Shown: piece after piece, positions 40,137-53,568 of the stretch
Position numbering within the stretch: position 1 is the stretch's first letter
Layout of the letters: each line of letters begins with the position of its first letter
DNA from: Chrysomallon squamiferum
Taxonomy: Eukaryota > Animalia > Mollusca
Direction: 5' to 3'
NCBI GenBank assembly: GCA_012295275.1
Contig: CM022679.1
Coordinates: 62,001-126,000 of the forward strand
DNA: 64,000 nt
Notes under the pieces: generated by a model
The model's database searches: none
What the model was told of the DNA's origin: nothing
The model's input: the letters and a program-made list of their open reading frames with translations, nothing else
Translations under genes and position numbers: made by a program

Positions 40137-40874
40137 ACACATATGTGTGTATGAGAGCGTGTGTGTATAACTGAATGAATACGTAATTATTATATATGTT
40201 TGTAACTAAAATATATTTTATAACATCCAGTGAAGTGTCATGTTATGTCTAATCATGCCATGGGTTATTACGTAATAGTAGATCAGTGACGTCATTACCT
40301 TTCACTATAGAAACACACGATGTGACAAGTGTGCCTGTGTGTGTGTGATTTACTCGTCTAATTAACGTCGCCTCTTTGTATACACATCTGCTACCACGAC
40401 GCTATGGTTGGTTATTTTCTGCAGCTGCTGCATTGTATATATGTTCGTTGTTTTAGCTTCCATTGTCATTTCAGTTTATTGATCAGTGGAAACAATAATA
40501 GAAAACATTTCAAAAATAAATTAACAGAAGGCTGGAAGCTATATTTGTAGATGTCTACGGTAACAGAGATAAAACTGAAAATATTGATTTTTCTTTTCTC
40601 AAATAATGAAGAAATTATTTTGATTCTGTTTCGAAATAAAGTTGTCAAAAATAAAAACTTCATCATTCTTCATCAAATCTCTTAATAACACGAAGATTTT
40701 CATTACATTTTTAATTATATTACACAGAGTAAATGACTCAACTCATTTGGTTATTTCAGTGTTGTTTGCAAATGAGGGGAACCCGCATATTATGGATCAT
40801 TTTTGTATGCACTTTTGTAAAAGAAGTGATAAACGAGTAGAGGACCTAACTAGTTATATCATGAATTAAGTTGA

Positions 40875-40925
40875 TATGAAAATTTGATTCTGTGTCTTAG
40901 GTGTCTAACCACTGAGCTAGAGCTC
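40875..40925 (-). mobile_element. Possible degenerate tRNA-derived SINE head
   Basis: The minus strand reads gagctctagctcagtggttagacacc (pol III A-box-like). Only a poor B-box follows and there is no cloverleaf. Confidence 0.3.
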
Positions 40926-41876
40926 CTAAATAAATAAATATTTATATCATTCGCTGAATAACAACTTTCTATCAGATACGTCTGTGTGTATTTAAATTGT
41001 AATTAACTTTCGCACTGTTTGTATCAATGAAAGGAGCGTGTGTTGTTGTGTTAGACAAACCACACAAATCATTCCAAGTTAAATAGAATCACTGGCACAT
41101 TCTGCTTCGTAAGGAAAACGTGGGCAGGGCGCCATCTTTGACTGTACTGGTATTTCAGTCGACTGGTACACTAACGTTGTTCCGCGTTTTCTTTATCCGA
41201 ACACATATTTACCTCCCTTGAACTTTGAGGAAGCGGAGTACAAGTTCATGCACACAGTGCCCGTGTTTGTAGTGAGCGGGAAGCAAACGATCTCGTGTCA
41301 CGTGTATGTACGTCCAATCAGACGTGTTTATTATCAGTTCTATTATTAGATCTGTGTGACTATTTTTAACATAGGAAATCATTTCACTTTGTGAAAACGT
41401 TCAACTAACGGCTGAATGATCTATTCATGATTGACTGTGAATGTTATTACCGCGATTTTCAGTTTTGTCTCAGACTTCATCAGTGAGAAAAATAAAAATG
41501 AGTTGTAATATTTAATAAGTCTTGCAGTATTCACGTGTTAACTCTTCTCACGAATTCTCTTTAATTAAAATAGGAAACATAACATCGGTGATTTTCATCT
41601 GATATTTCATAAGTTTGTACAGACGTATGTTTGTGAATATAAGTGTGTGTGTGTGTGTGTGTGTGCGTGTGTGTGTGTGTGACATATGTCTGTAGAATAT
41701 ATAATTTATAAAGGTAATATATTTAAGATACTATACCCTCACTGCTGTAACTACATAGTACGGGTATTCGAATTACCACCAGCAGCTGGAATTAAAACAG
41801 AAAATTAGTTGTAACCACTGACCAGTATCTTCACGTCAGCAATATCCTTCTATCTGGTTTGTGGACTGTTGTCTAG

Positions 41877-41935
41877 TACTGACCACTGTGTGTGCGGTAC
41901 TGACCACTGTGTGTCTGGTACTGACCACTGTGTGA
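41877..41935. repeat. 21-bp tandem repeat x3
   Basis: gtactgaccactgtgtg core occurs three times. Confidence 0.85.
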
Positions 41936-42015
41936 CCTGTATGGTCAAAACAACGGACGAATCTGTTGTTTGTTATGGGCGGTTTCTGAGATTTTAGAAT
42001 AAAAGTTGATTTCAG

Positions 42016-42058
<43 letters not shown>

Positions 42059-42080
42059 TCAATAAATCAATAACAACAGT

Positions 42081-42171
<91 letters not shown>

Positions 42172-43470
42172 TAATAATCATATGAAGAGTAAGAAGAAAT
42201 AACTTTAAAACTTTAAGAAGTTACTTTCAAACAATAATTTGTTCATGGAGACCAGGGTGGGTCCCAGAACCCCTGGCAGCTGATTAGAGATTGAGTGTTT
42301 TTGTGTATGTGTGATAGCAGGATGTAAGGCTACTGGGACACACTAATGTAAATATTAACTGTAGATCAATGGCCTCCAGTCATTCAGTGTAAAAATAGCA
42401 ACAGTTAACTAGATAACAGTTTCACAATGTAACATATGTTAGTATTTATTATCGTGTGTTCATATTACTGCCAAACGAAATATATTTGAATAAACTCGTT
42501 ATTTCTATTCTACAAATAATTCGTATCAGAATGGTGGATTTATGAGTAATTCATTCTGCAACTCTCAAAGCTTGACAGAATCCCAGGTCAGCGACAGTTC
42601 CAAATTTAGTAATTAATTAGATCTCAAAATAGCTTTTTTAAAATAAAACAAAAAATTAAAAAATACCACTACTATTTTTTGTTTTGTAGCCATTTGTGGC
42701 AAGAGCAACATTTGAGAAATAGACGTGGGAAGAAATAAACAAAGTGACAGTTGATTAGTTTAACTCTATTGATTTTCTACCTACGCCAAACCCGCAGTGA
42801 ACGTAAACTCGACCTGTCACTAACCTCGACTTGTATCATGTTTTATCTAACACACAGAGCAGTTTCAGTTTTATGTACAACACTTTTAATTTTATTTATA
42901 ATAATGTACATACAACAGTAGAAAACTTCTGGCTTTTTTCTCTCAGAATATTGATATACACATACAGTACGTATACATGTTTTAAATAATTATAAACACA
43001 CTCTTATAATTATAGAATATAGATACACAAAATTGTACATACATACATATAATTATGAAAACATACATATAATGATACACACACATATGATTATATATGC
43101 ACGTTATATAATTATATACACACATAATCACAGTAGATATAGACACACAAATATGCACATATATAAATACAGTTTGAACACATATATAATTATATACTCA
43201 CATATAATCGTAGAATATATACACATAATATATACACACATATAATTATATACAATCATTTATAATTTCAGTATATATCCACACATAAATACATACACAT
43301 AGATAATTACAGCTTATAAAAACATTTACAGAGATGCAGTATTACTGTAATGTAAACCAGTGTACAATATCAGACACGTCAGTGCTGTAGATACATGCCT
43401 ACGTCGTTGACGTCATGTTAATCTCCGACGACAACCGCTGATCCCCACTGACAGATTTAACTGCGTGCAA

Positions 43471-43489
43471 GTGTCCCCAGGTGGCGCTG
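43471..43489 (+). promoter_or_regulatory. Candidate CTCF-binding site
   Basis: GTGTCCCCAGGTGGCGCTG closely matches the CTCF core CC(A/G)(C/G)(C/T)AG(A/G)(G/T)GGC(A/G)(G/C) and is preceded by TGCAAG. It lies ~1.9 kb upstream of the inferred Tob TSS. Confidence 0.45.
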
Positions 43490-45310
43490 TTTAATAGACA
43501 CTCGTCTGGATTTCTAAAAGGATACAAACAACATAAAACTAAGATGTTCTGACAGCGACGTCAGTGTTAACAACCACGTTGCTGTCGTTGTTTGAGATGT
43601 AATAAAAATCACGCGGATTCGATATTGTGTTACAGGAAAAATTATATTTTTGTGTATACATGAACATTAATGTATATACGATTGAATTTATATATCTATA
43701 TGTATGTTTGAATGTGTGTATGTTTGTATATATTTCTGTATGTTTGTGGATGAATGTATATATGTATGTGTATGTATGAATGTAAGTATATATGTACATG
43801 TTTCTATAAGTGTTTGCATAGTATTTTTACGTGTGTGTATATATGTATGTAGACATGTATGTATATATGTATGTATTTACGTATATATGCATGTGTTTTG
43901 CATATATGTGTATTTATGAATGTATGTATATATGTATGTGTGTATGTATGTATGTATATGTATGAATGTGTATTCATTAGTGTATATATGTATATTTGTA
44001 TGTGTATGTTTGTGTGTGTGTGTGTATATATATAGTTAATATATTGTCTGTCCTAATTTTGGAACCATCCTACTGGTTTGAACATCTGGTGGACTAACAA
44101 GTTCTAAGTAACAGAGGGATTGTCACTGTGCAGATAAAAGATTAGTTAAATATGACGTCATTATAGATACCTCTATTTTGACCATGGCACACAAAAACAC
44201 CCTAGCTACCGACAGACAAAAAACACTGTATAATGTAAACTTGTTTTGTAAATAGAATTTTGTGTAACTTTGTGTAACACGAGTAGCGTGCTAGAACGTC
44301 ACAGTAGCAAGTTACGTATGACGTCACTCGTCTGAGATTAGTGGGTAATATCACGTTCTAGACAGAACGGAAGACTAGTTATCAAAGAGTAATGCTGTGT
44401 GAAGGAAATTTTAACACAGCATCTCCAGAATTCTCCTAATTATTATCAGTTTGACTGCTGGAAAGTGTTCCATTCACTCCTGATAGCTTCATTAATAACT
44501 GTTATAACAGGCCTTTTCACCCTAAACGTATTTCCGGTTTTCTAGGCCCTAGGCACGATGTCGACCATGATGGAAAGAAAAAAAAATTTCCTCCTGTAAC
44601 ATAATTTAGTTAAGTATTTCAACTTCTATAACAAATTTTCCTTTGTTACAAGAATTCAACTACATGTTGATATTTTAACTTTGATACAAGTTTATTTCAG
44701 TTTTACACAATTTACTTTAATTCTGTATAATATATTTCAGTACAGTTTTCATTTATTTTAATAGAGTTTCTAATTTATTTTAAAACGTGTTGTATATAAT
44801 ACACATTATATCTTACCCGTTATTACCGTGGGTAGTAGGTCTGTTAATATTAACATCTGTAATCACAACACAACATTATTATAAATGAGAAAAACATGCA
44901 TATAACAGACTGGGTGGGCGATTCATTGTCCAAGCCATAAGCGTCATCTGTCGATATTTATTCGATAAAAACGTCTATTACTATTATTACAAATATCGAC
45001 TTAAATGGTACTCGCAACAGCTGATACGCTACACACTTGGCGAAAGAAATGAATGGACCGCTGCACACCTCTGTTGTTAACAATTGACAAGATGCGCGAC
45101 TGCAATTAGGTCCGACAACTATCGAGGTAATAATACAAAGACTTATTTTAATTCCATATTATTATATAAAAATAAATAAAACCAGTATCAAGATAAAATA
45201 TAACAGAGAAAACTGGACGCTAAATTATTTAACTAAGCTGTATCTGGGCGACTGTTTACTTTAGATCGTATTGCTCCGCCGAACAAATTATGAATATTTA
45301 GCAGCCGACT

Positions 45311-45498
45311 GGCTTTAAATAACCTTCTCGCACACGCTGAATGCAGTGTAAAGAGAGCAGACGAGAGTGAGCACGCGCTAATTTTACTGTGCTCTTTTTA
45401 TTCTTGTGATTTAAATCTTGAATATTTCTTCACAAAGTGAGAGTGTTCTTACAAATACACTTTATTTGTGTTCTTACTGGAGAAACCTTTACAAAAAG
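45311..45498 (+). promoter_or_regulatory. Probable Tob core promoter and non-coding first exon
   Basis: TATA-like tttaaata at 45314 and Inr-like gcagt ~30 bp downstream. An ATG-free leader ends at a strong donor AAG|GTAAGC (45498/45499). A matching acceptor ttttcag| at 49938 is followed by 91 nt of ATG-free UTR before the Tob start. The pairing is inferred. Confidence 0.6.
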
Positions 45499-45978
45499 GT
45501 AAGCATTTTTCTACTTTCTTTATACTGTTAGTTTAACAACGTAACAATATGCTGTGTTAGTAAACATATGGTCGAAACCATTTACAACATTTATTATATA
45601 TTTCGACGGATTTCGTTTTCTTCTGAATCTAGATGTTGCTGTGTTTTTAAGAGAATGTGTGAAACTTGGACTGATTTGTTCCCAGCGGGTTGTTTACTCG
45701 CAATTCGCGGCCTTACAAGGTTTGCTGAAAGTTACGTAGGTATCTACGTCAGTGTACTAAATATACGCTACAGTTACAGAAATACACATTACATACTTTA
45801 ATAATTCAGCACATAACAATGTCTGATCCTCTGTTATTTCTTTGGTAAATGTCAGCGTCAATAACATTACATTTTACTATTAATAATTGTCACTTTTTCC
45901 GATCGTCTTTCTTCTTTGCATTTTTCTGTCTTATTTTTTCCTATTGTTAATCGTAATCTTTAATAGCTTGTTGTTTTG

Positions 45979-46027
<49 letters not shown>

Positions 46028-46904
46028 AGTTTCTGACTGAACAGTAAGCAAATAACCCTCTCCTGTTTTCCCTCTATCAAAGAAGTGTGATGTGTACGGG
46101 GAAAGTTCGTGTAAATTGTCTAACACTGCTGATGAAAACAAATTTTGTCTGTGTTTTATTTTCTCTATCATGTGTTACGTAATGTTACTTAGTTCTATCA
46201 AATATTTCTTAAACTCTTTTAAACAATCTCGTTTTCTGTTACAAATTTTTATTTAGTACTATCCGAAATTCATTTCTATTTTGTTTTATTAAGCTGAAAC
46301 TTCAATATCTCTTTAAAAACGAATTTTCAGTATATTTATATAAATTCATTCAGAATTCTTTTAAGGTAATATATGTTAGACATATATGTTTATGAGACAA
46401 CGGCGTACACCACACAGAGATAACATGTTTGAAACAAAAACATTTTATTCAGTACCGTCTGCTTTCCTTTGCATTAATTTCATCTTTATTTTGATTTTTA
46501 ACAAAATAATAATTTGATACGAATATACTTCACATTATTTCTCCGATACATCTCACACAGTATACATCAGTTATTTATTTATGATATAGTGTAAGAAAAT
46601 GGGATTGGACGGTATTTATTTTTTATTTACTTTATCAAGGAAGATGTGGCAGACTGTTGATGTGCTATTAATTATACAGTAAATTAATTACACTTGACGA
46701 TAGGAGAACAGCGAAGATAGACACACACATTAGTTTTATCTACAACAGGTTTATTGTGACATGAATATATCAAAACATTGCGCTCACAAATCAATATAAA
46801 CATACTGGAATATGCTTTTAAAAATCTATTCAGAATGTTAGTGTAACCTGCTTCGTTTCAAATAATCAACATCTGTGCTTTTTAGCTTCAAATTCAAAAT
46901 AAGG

Positions 46905-46963
<59 letters not shown>

Positions 46964-46991
46964 CATCATCTTCATCATCATCATCATCATC

Positions 46992-47059
<68 letters not shown>

Positions 47060-47085
47060 CATTTTTTATTATTATTATTATTATT
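46905..47085. repeat. (ATT)n/(ATC)n compound microsatellite in Tob intron 1
   Basis: Long trinucleotide run; source of the poly-I pseudo-ORFs. Confidence 0.95.
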
Positions 47086-47167
47086 TGTTTTGTTTGTAAT
47101 ACGGTTTTTGATTCCCCTCCTCTTCAGTAATTGATTTAGTTTGTATTTTAACGTGTTTAACTGTCTC

Positions 47168-47250
47168 AGTTTTCACTGTTTCCTGTGTTTGAACGTGTGT
47201 ACATGGTTTTCACTGTTTCCTGTGTTTGAACGTGTGTACATGGTTTTCAC
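47168..47250. repeat. 37-bp tandem duplication
   Basis: gttttcactgtttcctgtgtttgaacgtgtgtacatg occurs twice plus a partial copy. Confidence 0.85.
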
Positions 47251-49084
47251 ATGGCAGTATACACGTACGCTGGGCAAGTGTTGATTTGTAACATGCGTGT
47301 ATAGATTTCAGTTATAATTGTCTGCAGATAAAACCTTCTCAGATTTCACATCTTACTGACGTATATCGATGTTATTCACCAAGCAGTCTTCATTACAAAC
47401 TCACAGTCCAGCAGTCCTTGGATCGATACCTGGCCCAGGAATCATGCGATGTTTTTATTTTAACACCGACGTATGTCAGTTACTCATCACTTTTCATTAC
47501 AAGCTCTTTATTAACGATCTAGTGGCCCGCGGATCGATACTTAGTAACGGCATGCTTTTATTTTTCCTTTAACAGTGACGTTTATTAATGTTAATTACTA
47601 TTCAGTTTTCATTACACATTGCGTGTCTAGTAACCGTTTAGAATCCAGCTTTATTGACAGTGTCTGTATAAAATAAGCTTTAATGTCAGTCGTGTAGATA
47701 CCTAAAAAAAGATTTTGTTAAACAAACATTCATTTTATGTAGTTAAATTATAAGTAAAAAATTGTGAATGTTAAATGAAGGAAAGGTAATCGTGAGAGGA
47801 AACATGGAAATGTAAAACTCAAGCAGATTAATGGAGCAAGTTTTGATTTTAGAGATCATTAAGCACACCTTACTACTAGAAACAAAACATTTTCTTTTAA
47901 TTACAAATCAATACCAGGTCACCGAGGATAACGATATTTCACTAGCGAGCGAGGAGAACAGGACGTCTAACGAGACTGGTAATCGTGCCTCGTGCGTCAT
48001 GTCGTAGAAAACCAGTTCAATACTTCACAGAGACTGGCTAGCAGTGACGTACGTCATTGCAGCTTAGAGAACTTGTTTACAATCATTCTATTTGTGGCAA
48101 AATCAATAAACACTGCTCCCACTTGTCTTAATAACACGGACGTAAGGAATTTCTACTGTTTGGTTGCTTTTATCGTTTTTATGGGGTATTTGATGACATT
48201 GATTAAAACTGAAATATATATTTGTATTCCGAGTGTTGGAAATATATAGTACGTAATACAGATATACAAACACGCCATCACAGGTAATGTACAGAATATA
48301 TATTTACTTTCTGGGTTTTTAAAAATAATATTTATTTATTTATTTTATTTTTTATTTATTTACTTATTTATTTAAATTATACATACATAAAACTGTACCC
48401 TTTTTTCTATTTTTAATTTCTATTTTAGTTTTGTAAAACGAAAGGTTATTTAAGTACGTTTAACACATTTAAATTGTACTAATCACCTGAGGGGAACGCC
48501 TTGTCTTTACTGGGTGGATGTCAGCAACGCCTGTTCTTTGTGTCTGCTCTGCACGAGAGAAGAAACCCGCTGCGGCGAGTTACTTATTTTAACTAAATTA
48601 ATTACTTCCTCAACCCGCTGATTCAAGTACACAGCTTGTGAGCAAACAAATAAATAAGTAAACAGATAGATAGACAGATAGATAAATAGATAGATAGACA
48701 GATAGATAAATAGATAGATAGATAGATAGACAGATAGATGAAGTAAGTAAGTAAATAAATAAATAACTAGCATGTTTTCTTTCAGTACTTATAAATAACA
48801 ATCTGGCACATGTTATATAAAAATTAATAGGGAGGATCGTGATATGTTGATAATAAAGTTGTTGTCATTTGTTTTTATAAAGAGTTACCGCCTCCAGTAT
48901 GAAATAAATTAATAAGTAATTTAATTAATTAAATAATTTATCAAAAAAGAAAAGAACAAACATTTAAATTATTGATTAATTAAAATAAATAAACAGTGTA
49001 TTATCAAACATTGATAAAATAAAATAATATGATGATGATGATAGTAATAATGACAACAACAACATTAATGATAGTAATAGTGAA

Positions 49085-49118
<34 letters not shown>

Positions 49119-50029
49119 TTAAGCGAATTTTAAGCGAATATTTCAGTTGAACTCGTGTGTGAATGTTTCAACTGATAGATTATAGCTGGATGTGATGTGT
49201 TGTACAAGTTAAAACGTGATGGTCTTTACGTGGTATTTCTGTTGAGCGTTTGCCAGCCAGTCTATTTATCACTCCAGACTTCTGATAGCTGACTGTAGCT
49301 TTATGATTAGCGCATTCGTCTGAGGCTGTGTGTTATTTGTGATATTTTATAGTCAGTACCTTCCATTTTTATATCAAACATTTAAGGTATTTTGCTGTGT
49401 ATTGGATGATAAAAAATGTTTAGTAAAATTGATGAGTTTCTTCTCTCTTATATGATTTTATCTGCATACAAAAAATGCACTGACTGAGATAACAGTTAAA
49501 ATCCATTCATTTATTTATTTTATCAGCAATTGTTCGGTATGGCTGTATACGGTATTTTAAGTACCAGTACATTTTATGGCGAACTGTAAAAATGTAAACA
49601 GCGTTTTGAAGTATCACCTGTTACGTAAATCTTATTATAACGTCTGATGTGTTCACATGACAACTAACACGACGACTGCAGTATGAATGTCAGGTGATTA
49701 ACTGTGTTATGGTTTTCGCGATGTTTAAATCTAGCTGAGATGTGTATGCATAAACGTAATTTTATTTGTTCTGACAGCACAGTTACACACAGGTAGTGTT
49801 CTAGATACTACAGATAAAACCGATTTTGTGTCGTTGTTATATGTAAAATGGGTTGACTTATAAATATTAAATACTGATGTTTTCGTGTGTTAATATTGTT
49901 TAACTTAATTTAATTTTTTGTATTTTTTCTATTTTCAGAGTGAAACAAAAGGAACTCCTGAACAATACCGAATAGTATTGAATCATTACCTGTGCGATAA
50001 CATTAATCTCTGTGTGAAATAACATCAGC

Positions 50030-51103
50030 ATGCACGTGGAGGTATCGGTGGCGTTCAACTTCGTCATATCCTATTTGTACAACAAACTGCCTCGACGACG
50101 TGTCGATATGTTCGGACAGGAACTGAAAACTGGCCTGCAGAAGAAGTTTGAAGGGCACTGGTACCCTGACAAACCCTTCAAAGGATCAGCATTCAGGTGC
50201 ATTCGTGTGAACGGCGAGAAAATGGATCCAGTCATAATCACGGCTGCTTTCAACGCCGGTCTTGACATCGAGGAGGTGAAAGGTTATCTTCCAGCAGAAC
50301 TGACGCTGTGGATTGACCCCTCGGAGGTTTCATACAGGATTGGCGAGAAAGGCCAGATAAAGATTCTGTACAGCGACCGCAAAGAGGACGACCCAGAGAC
50401 GACGGTGGACCGCGAGGTGCAGGCTGTCAGTCGGGGATTCAACCCCGAGGCTCAGTGTTTTCAGCCCATCGACTCTCTCTCCTCCTCCATAAACAATCTC
50501 AGTCTCTCACCCTCGTCATCCAACTCGTCCGGGGCCTGGAGCACGTCGACGTCTCCCTCGACGGCTTTGTTTAACTCTGCCAGTCCGGCGCCGTCTCTTT
50601 TCCAGAGCAAGGACGAGATGCCCAAGTTCACGGCAGCCACGTTTGCGCAGACCAAGTTCGGCTCGACAAAACTGAAGACTCAGGTCAAGCGACCCACTCG
50701 TCTCTCTCCGACAGAGTTCGGCAACTTCTTCCGTCAGCGTTCTACAGCGGCAGCCATGCAGAACGCTTTTTCAAGCGTGTCACCTCAGCGACCCCAGTCC
50801 CTCAGTCCACGTGACCAGAGAATTGAATTTATGGTTGACCAGCAGCAACGTCTGCTACTGCAGGCCCAGCAGACTCAGCACAACCCCTTCCAGACAAACG
50901 CCTACGTGGGCGACCTCTACAGACACGCGTCGCCGTCCCGCCTGTCACCTGGAAGCTTCAACCCTGGATTCAGCGACCCTTTCTCCGCCAGCTCACCGGT
51001 CAACTCACTTTCGCCTGACGGCCACAAATCATTCCTGGACGGACTCAACATCAACCCCGTCTCGTACCCGAGCCAACTGCATCATCTCCTTGTAGCCAAC
51101 TAG
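50030..51103 (+). CDS. TOB1: Protein Tob (BTG/Tob antiproliferative family; CCR4-NOT/CAF1 and PABP adaptor), 357 aa, single coding exon
   Basis: N-terminal BTG/APRO domain (ISYLYNKLPRRRV, FEGHWYPDKPFKGSAFRCI, LPAELTLWIDPSEVSYRIGEKG), PAM2 motif SRGFNPEAQCFQP, Tob-specific FTAATFAQTKFGSTKLK, and a C-terminal LLVAN resembling the vertebrate Tob terminus. Probably co-orthologous to TOB1/TOB2. Confidence 0.96.
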   Translation: MHVEVSVAFNFVISYLYNKLPRRRVDMFGQELKTGLQKKFEGHWYPDKPFKGSAFRCIRVNGEKMDPVIITAAFNAGLDIEEVKGYLPAELTLWIDPSEVSYRIGEKGQIKILYSDRKEDDPETTVDREVQAVSRGFNPEAQCFQPIDSLSSSINNLSLSPSSSNSSGAWSTSTSPSTALFNSASPAPSLFQSKDEMPKFTAATFAQTKFGSTKLKTQVKRPTRLSPTEFGNFFRQRSTAAAMQNAFSSVSPQRPQSLSPRDQRIEFMVDQQQRLLLQAQQTQHNPFQTNAYVGDLYRHASPSRLSPGSFNPGFSDPFSASSPVNSLSPDGHKSFLDGLNINPVSYPSQLHHLLVAN

Positions 51104-51150
51104 AAGGCAGCTTTACATTATTGTGTATCACGTGACTGGCTTATGAAAAC

Positions 51151-51185
<35 letters not shown>

Positions 51186-52149
51186 GTTATTATTATTATT
51201 ATTATTTTGTATTATGTGACAGGGTTTTATATCACGTTACTGGGTATGTACTGCCCTTTAGTAACTGAAAAACTGTTAGTGATATTGAACATTCGGGAAT
51301 CATACTTTATACGTTTTTCTTTTCTTGTATGACGTCACAGATGAATCTGTGTTAAAAGTATGCCCAAAGAAATATGGTGATTTATATATTTTTCCAGAAA
51401 GTTTTGAAAGAAGCTGAAGGTATCTGTGAGTGATGACTGACTACATTATTGTTTCACGTCAGAAATGCACGTCATTTCAGGATTTAGTATGCGCGTGTCC
51501 ATGAGTGTGTAACTATACGCATCTCTCTCTCTCTCTCTGACGTCATACGTTGTCCGTAAGGGTGATGCTCCATTAGCGACTTTAAAAAGCAGTATTTTTT
51601 TTTTTTTCTTCTCGTTTTTCATTGATCGTGTATTTCTGACGACATTTATTGTAAAACTGGTTTGCTGCATTGTACAGTGATATTTTGAGAGTTAATATAT
51701 TATATATTCGTATTCTACTGACGTTCAATTCGGGTATAAAGGTCTTATATCTTTTGTAATTGTTGTGAAAATATTGGAAAAGATGCTTACTTTTTGTAAA
51801 GACTATAATTTCGTAAGTTAGCAGTTATTTATATATATACATATATGTCTATATTTACACGCACATTTAAGTGTCGTTATAGATATTAAGAGTTTATTTG
51901 TACTAAGAAACAGTTGAACCTGTGCTTGTTACAGTTATAATTAATTTTTCTACATTTCAAAGTGTGCAATATGGTACATGGCGGCTACCAGTGTTCAAAG
52001 ATGGCGGCCGTTACGTGAACGTGTATCTGTCAAAATCACAAGTGCTGTATTTTCCAGTATTTTAATTTTGTTTTTATTTTGGTGAGCAGATATTTTAACT
52101 ATTATTTTGTTTAACCTTTATATTACATTTATTATTATTGTTATGATTA

Positions 52150-52222
<73 letters not shown>

Positions 52223-52877
52223 ATTATTCTGGTAAAAATTAAATTTGTTTTACATTCCAAGTCCCTAACATATTTGTAGTGTACACTGCCTACCTGTATT
52301 ATTACCTGTAATCATTACCTGACGCCAGGTGCAGAATGAAAGCATTCCTTGGTAGTTTGTGTTTATAACGTCAGTCCACTGCATGTCAGAATTACCTTAG
52401 TTCATTCAAATATTCACAAAATTTCCTCTCTGACCTGTTTTCATTCAACATTATTTTTATATGTATACTGTTATATATTTATGCGAGAGAAAAAAAGAAA
52501 AAAAAAAAAAATGAGAGTGAGAGGGGAAAAAAATTAAAATATGTTAATTTTCATAATTCTGATAAAAGAGCTAGTAGTAGATTATTATTTATTTTTTTAG
52601 AATTTATTTTTCAATTTTATTATTTTGATTGCTAAATTGTTATTTTTATAAACTATTATTACGATCTTTAAACCTGGTTTGGTTTATATGTCGGTACTAA
52701 TCATCAGTAAACCAGTATAGCACAAAACTTTGACAGCGTTTGACCACTCAATAATAAACACTTGGACAGTACTGGACTATACTGGACTTGTGGTCGTGCC
52801 AAAATACAGAGTTGACCAACAAGTCATGTGAAGAGCGAATTCTTAATGTTTATACTGTTTCATATTTTTAAGTTTGT

Positions 52878-52883
52878 AATAAA
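52878..52883 (+). terminator. Likely Tob polyadenylation signal
   Basis: AATAAA followed ~30 nt later by a GT/T-rich tract (cttagttttgttttc). This implies a ~1.8 kb 3'UTR. An alternative AATAAA lies at ~52753. Confidence 0.5.
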
Positions 52884-53120
52884 AAGATTGATTTTATTAA
52901 AATACTCGTCTTAGTTTTGTTTTCACGGTAATATCATATATGTTAGTTACGATAAATACTGCATATTAGTTATAAATGTGTATCACGTTAGTCATATCTG
53001 CATGTTTATGCTATATATGTAATATACACCATCTACATCAAAATGAAGATTCTGAATTTTCGCAGTAAATTTCGCCTAAGAATCGACGAATCTCATCAGT
53101 TCTCTTCAGGGGCTCAATTC

Positions 53121-53151
<31 letters not shown>

Positions 53152-53512
53152 TAATGAATTAATCAGAACTGTAAGTTTAGAGTTGTAGGCGTGCTTGGAT
53201 GTTATTCATATTAGACGTGAAATCGATAACAACGCAGACCGAATCTCACTCAGTGATCGATAACAAACTGAGAGGAATAAACATCTGTTAGTTGTGGAGA
53301 TACAGTTAGAACGGGAAATAACAGAAACAATGGACACATTAATAAAAAAAATCACAAATCTAATAATAATACAAAATAAACAAGAACAAAATATTAATAA
53401 TAATAATAAGAAGAAACAGTAGTAGTAGTAGTGATTATTTAAAAACAATAATAACAGCGACAACAACAATATTAGTAACAACAACAACTATTAGTAATAA
53501 TAAGTAGCAGCA

Positions 53513-53568
<56 letters not shown>

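Noticed and set aside
47400-47590. Two GGATCGATAC B-box-like motifs suggesting tRNA genes
   Set aside because: No cloverleaf or A-box at the right spacing. At most these are old duplicated SINE fragments.
50071-51095. Overlapping alternative-frame and antisense ORFs within Tob
   Set aside because: Short by-products of GC-rich coding sequence.
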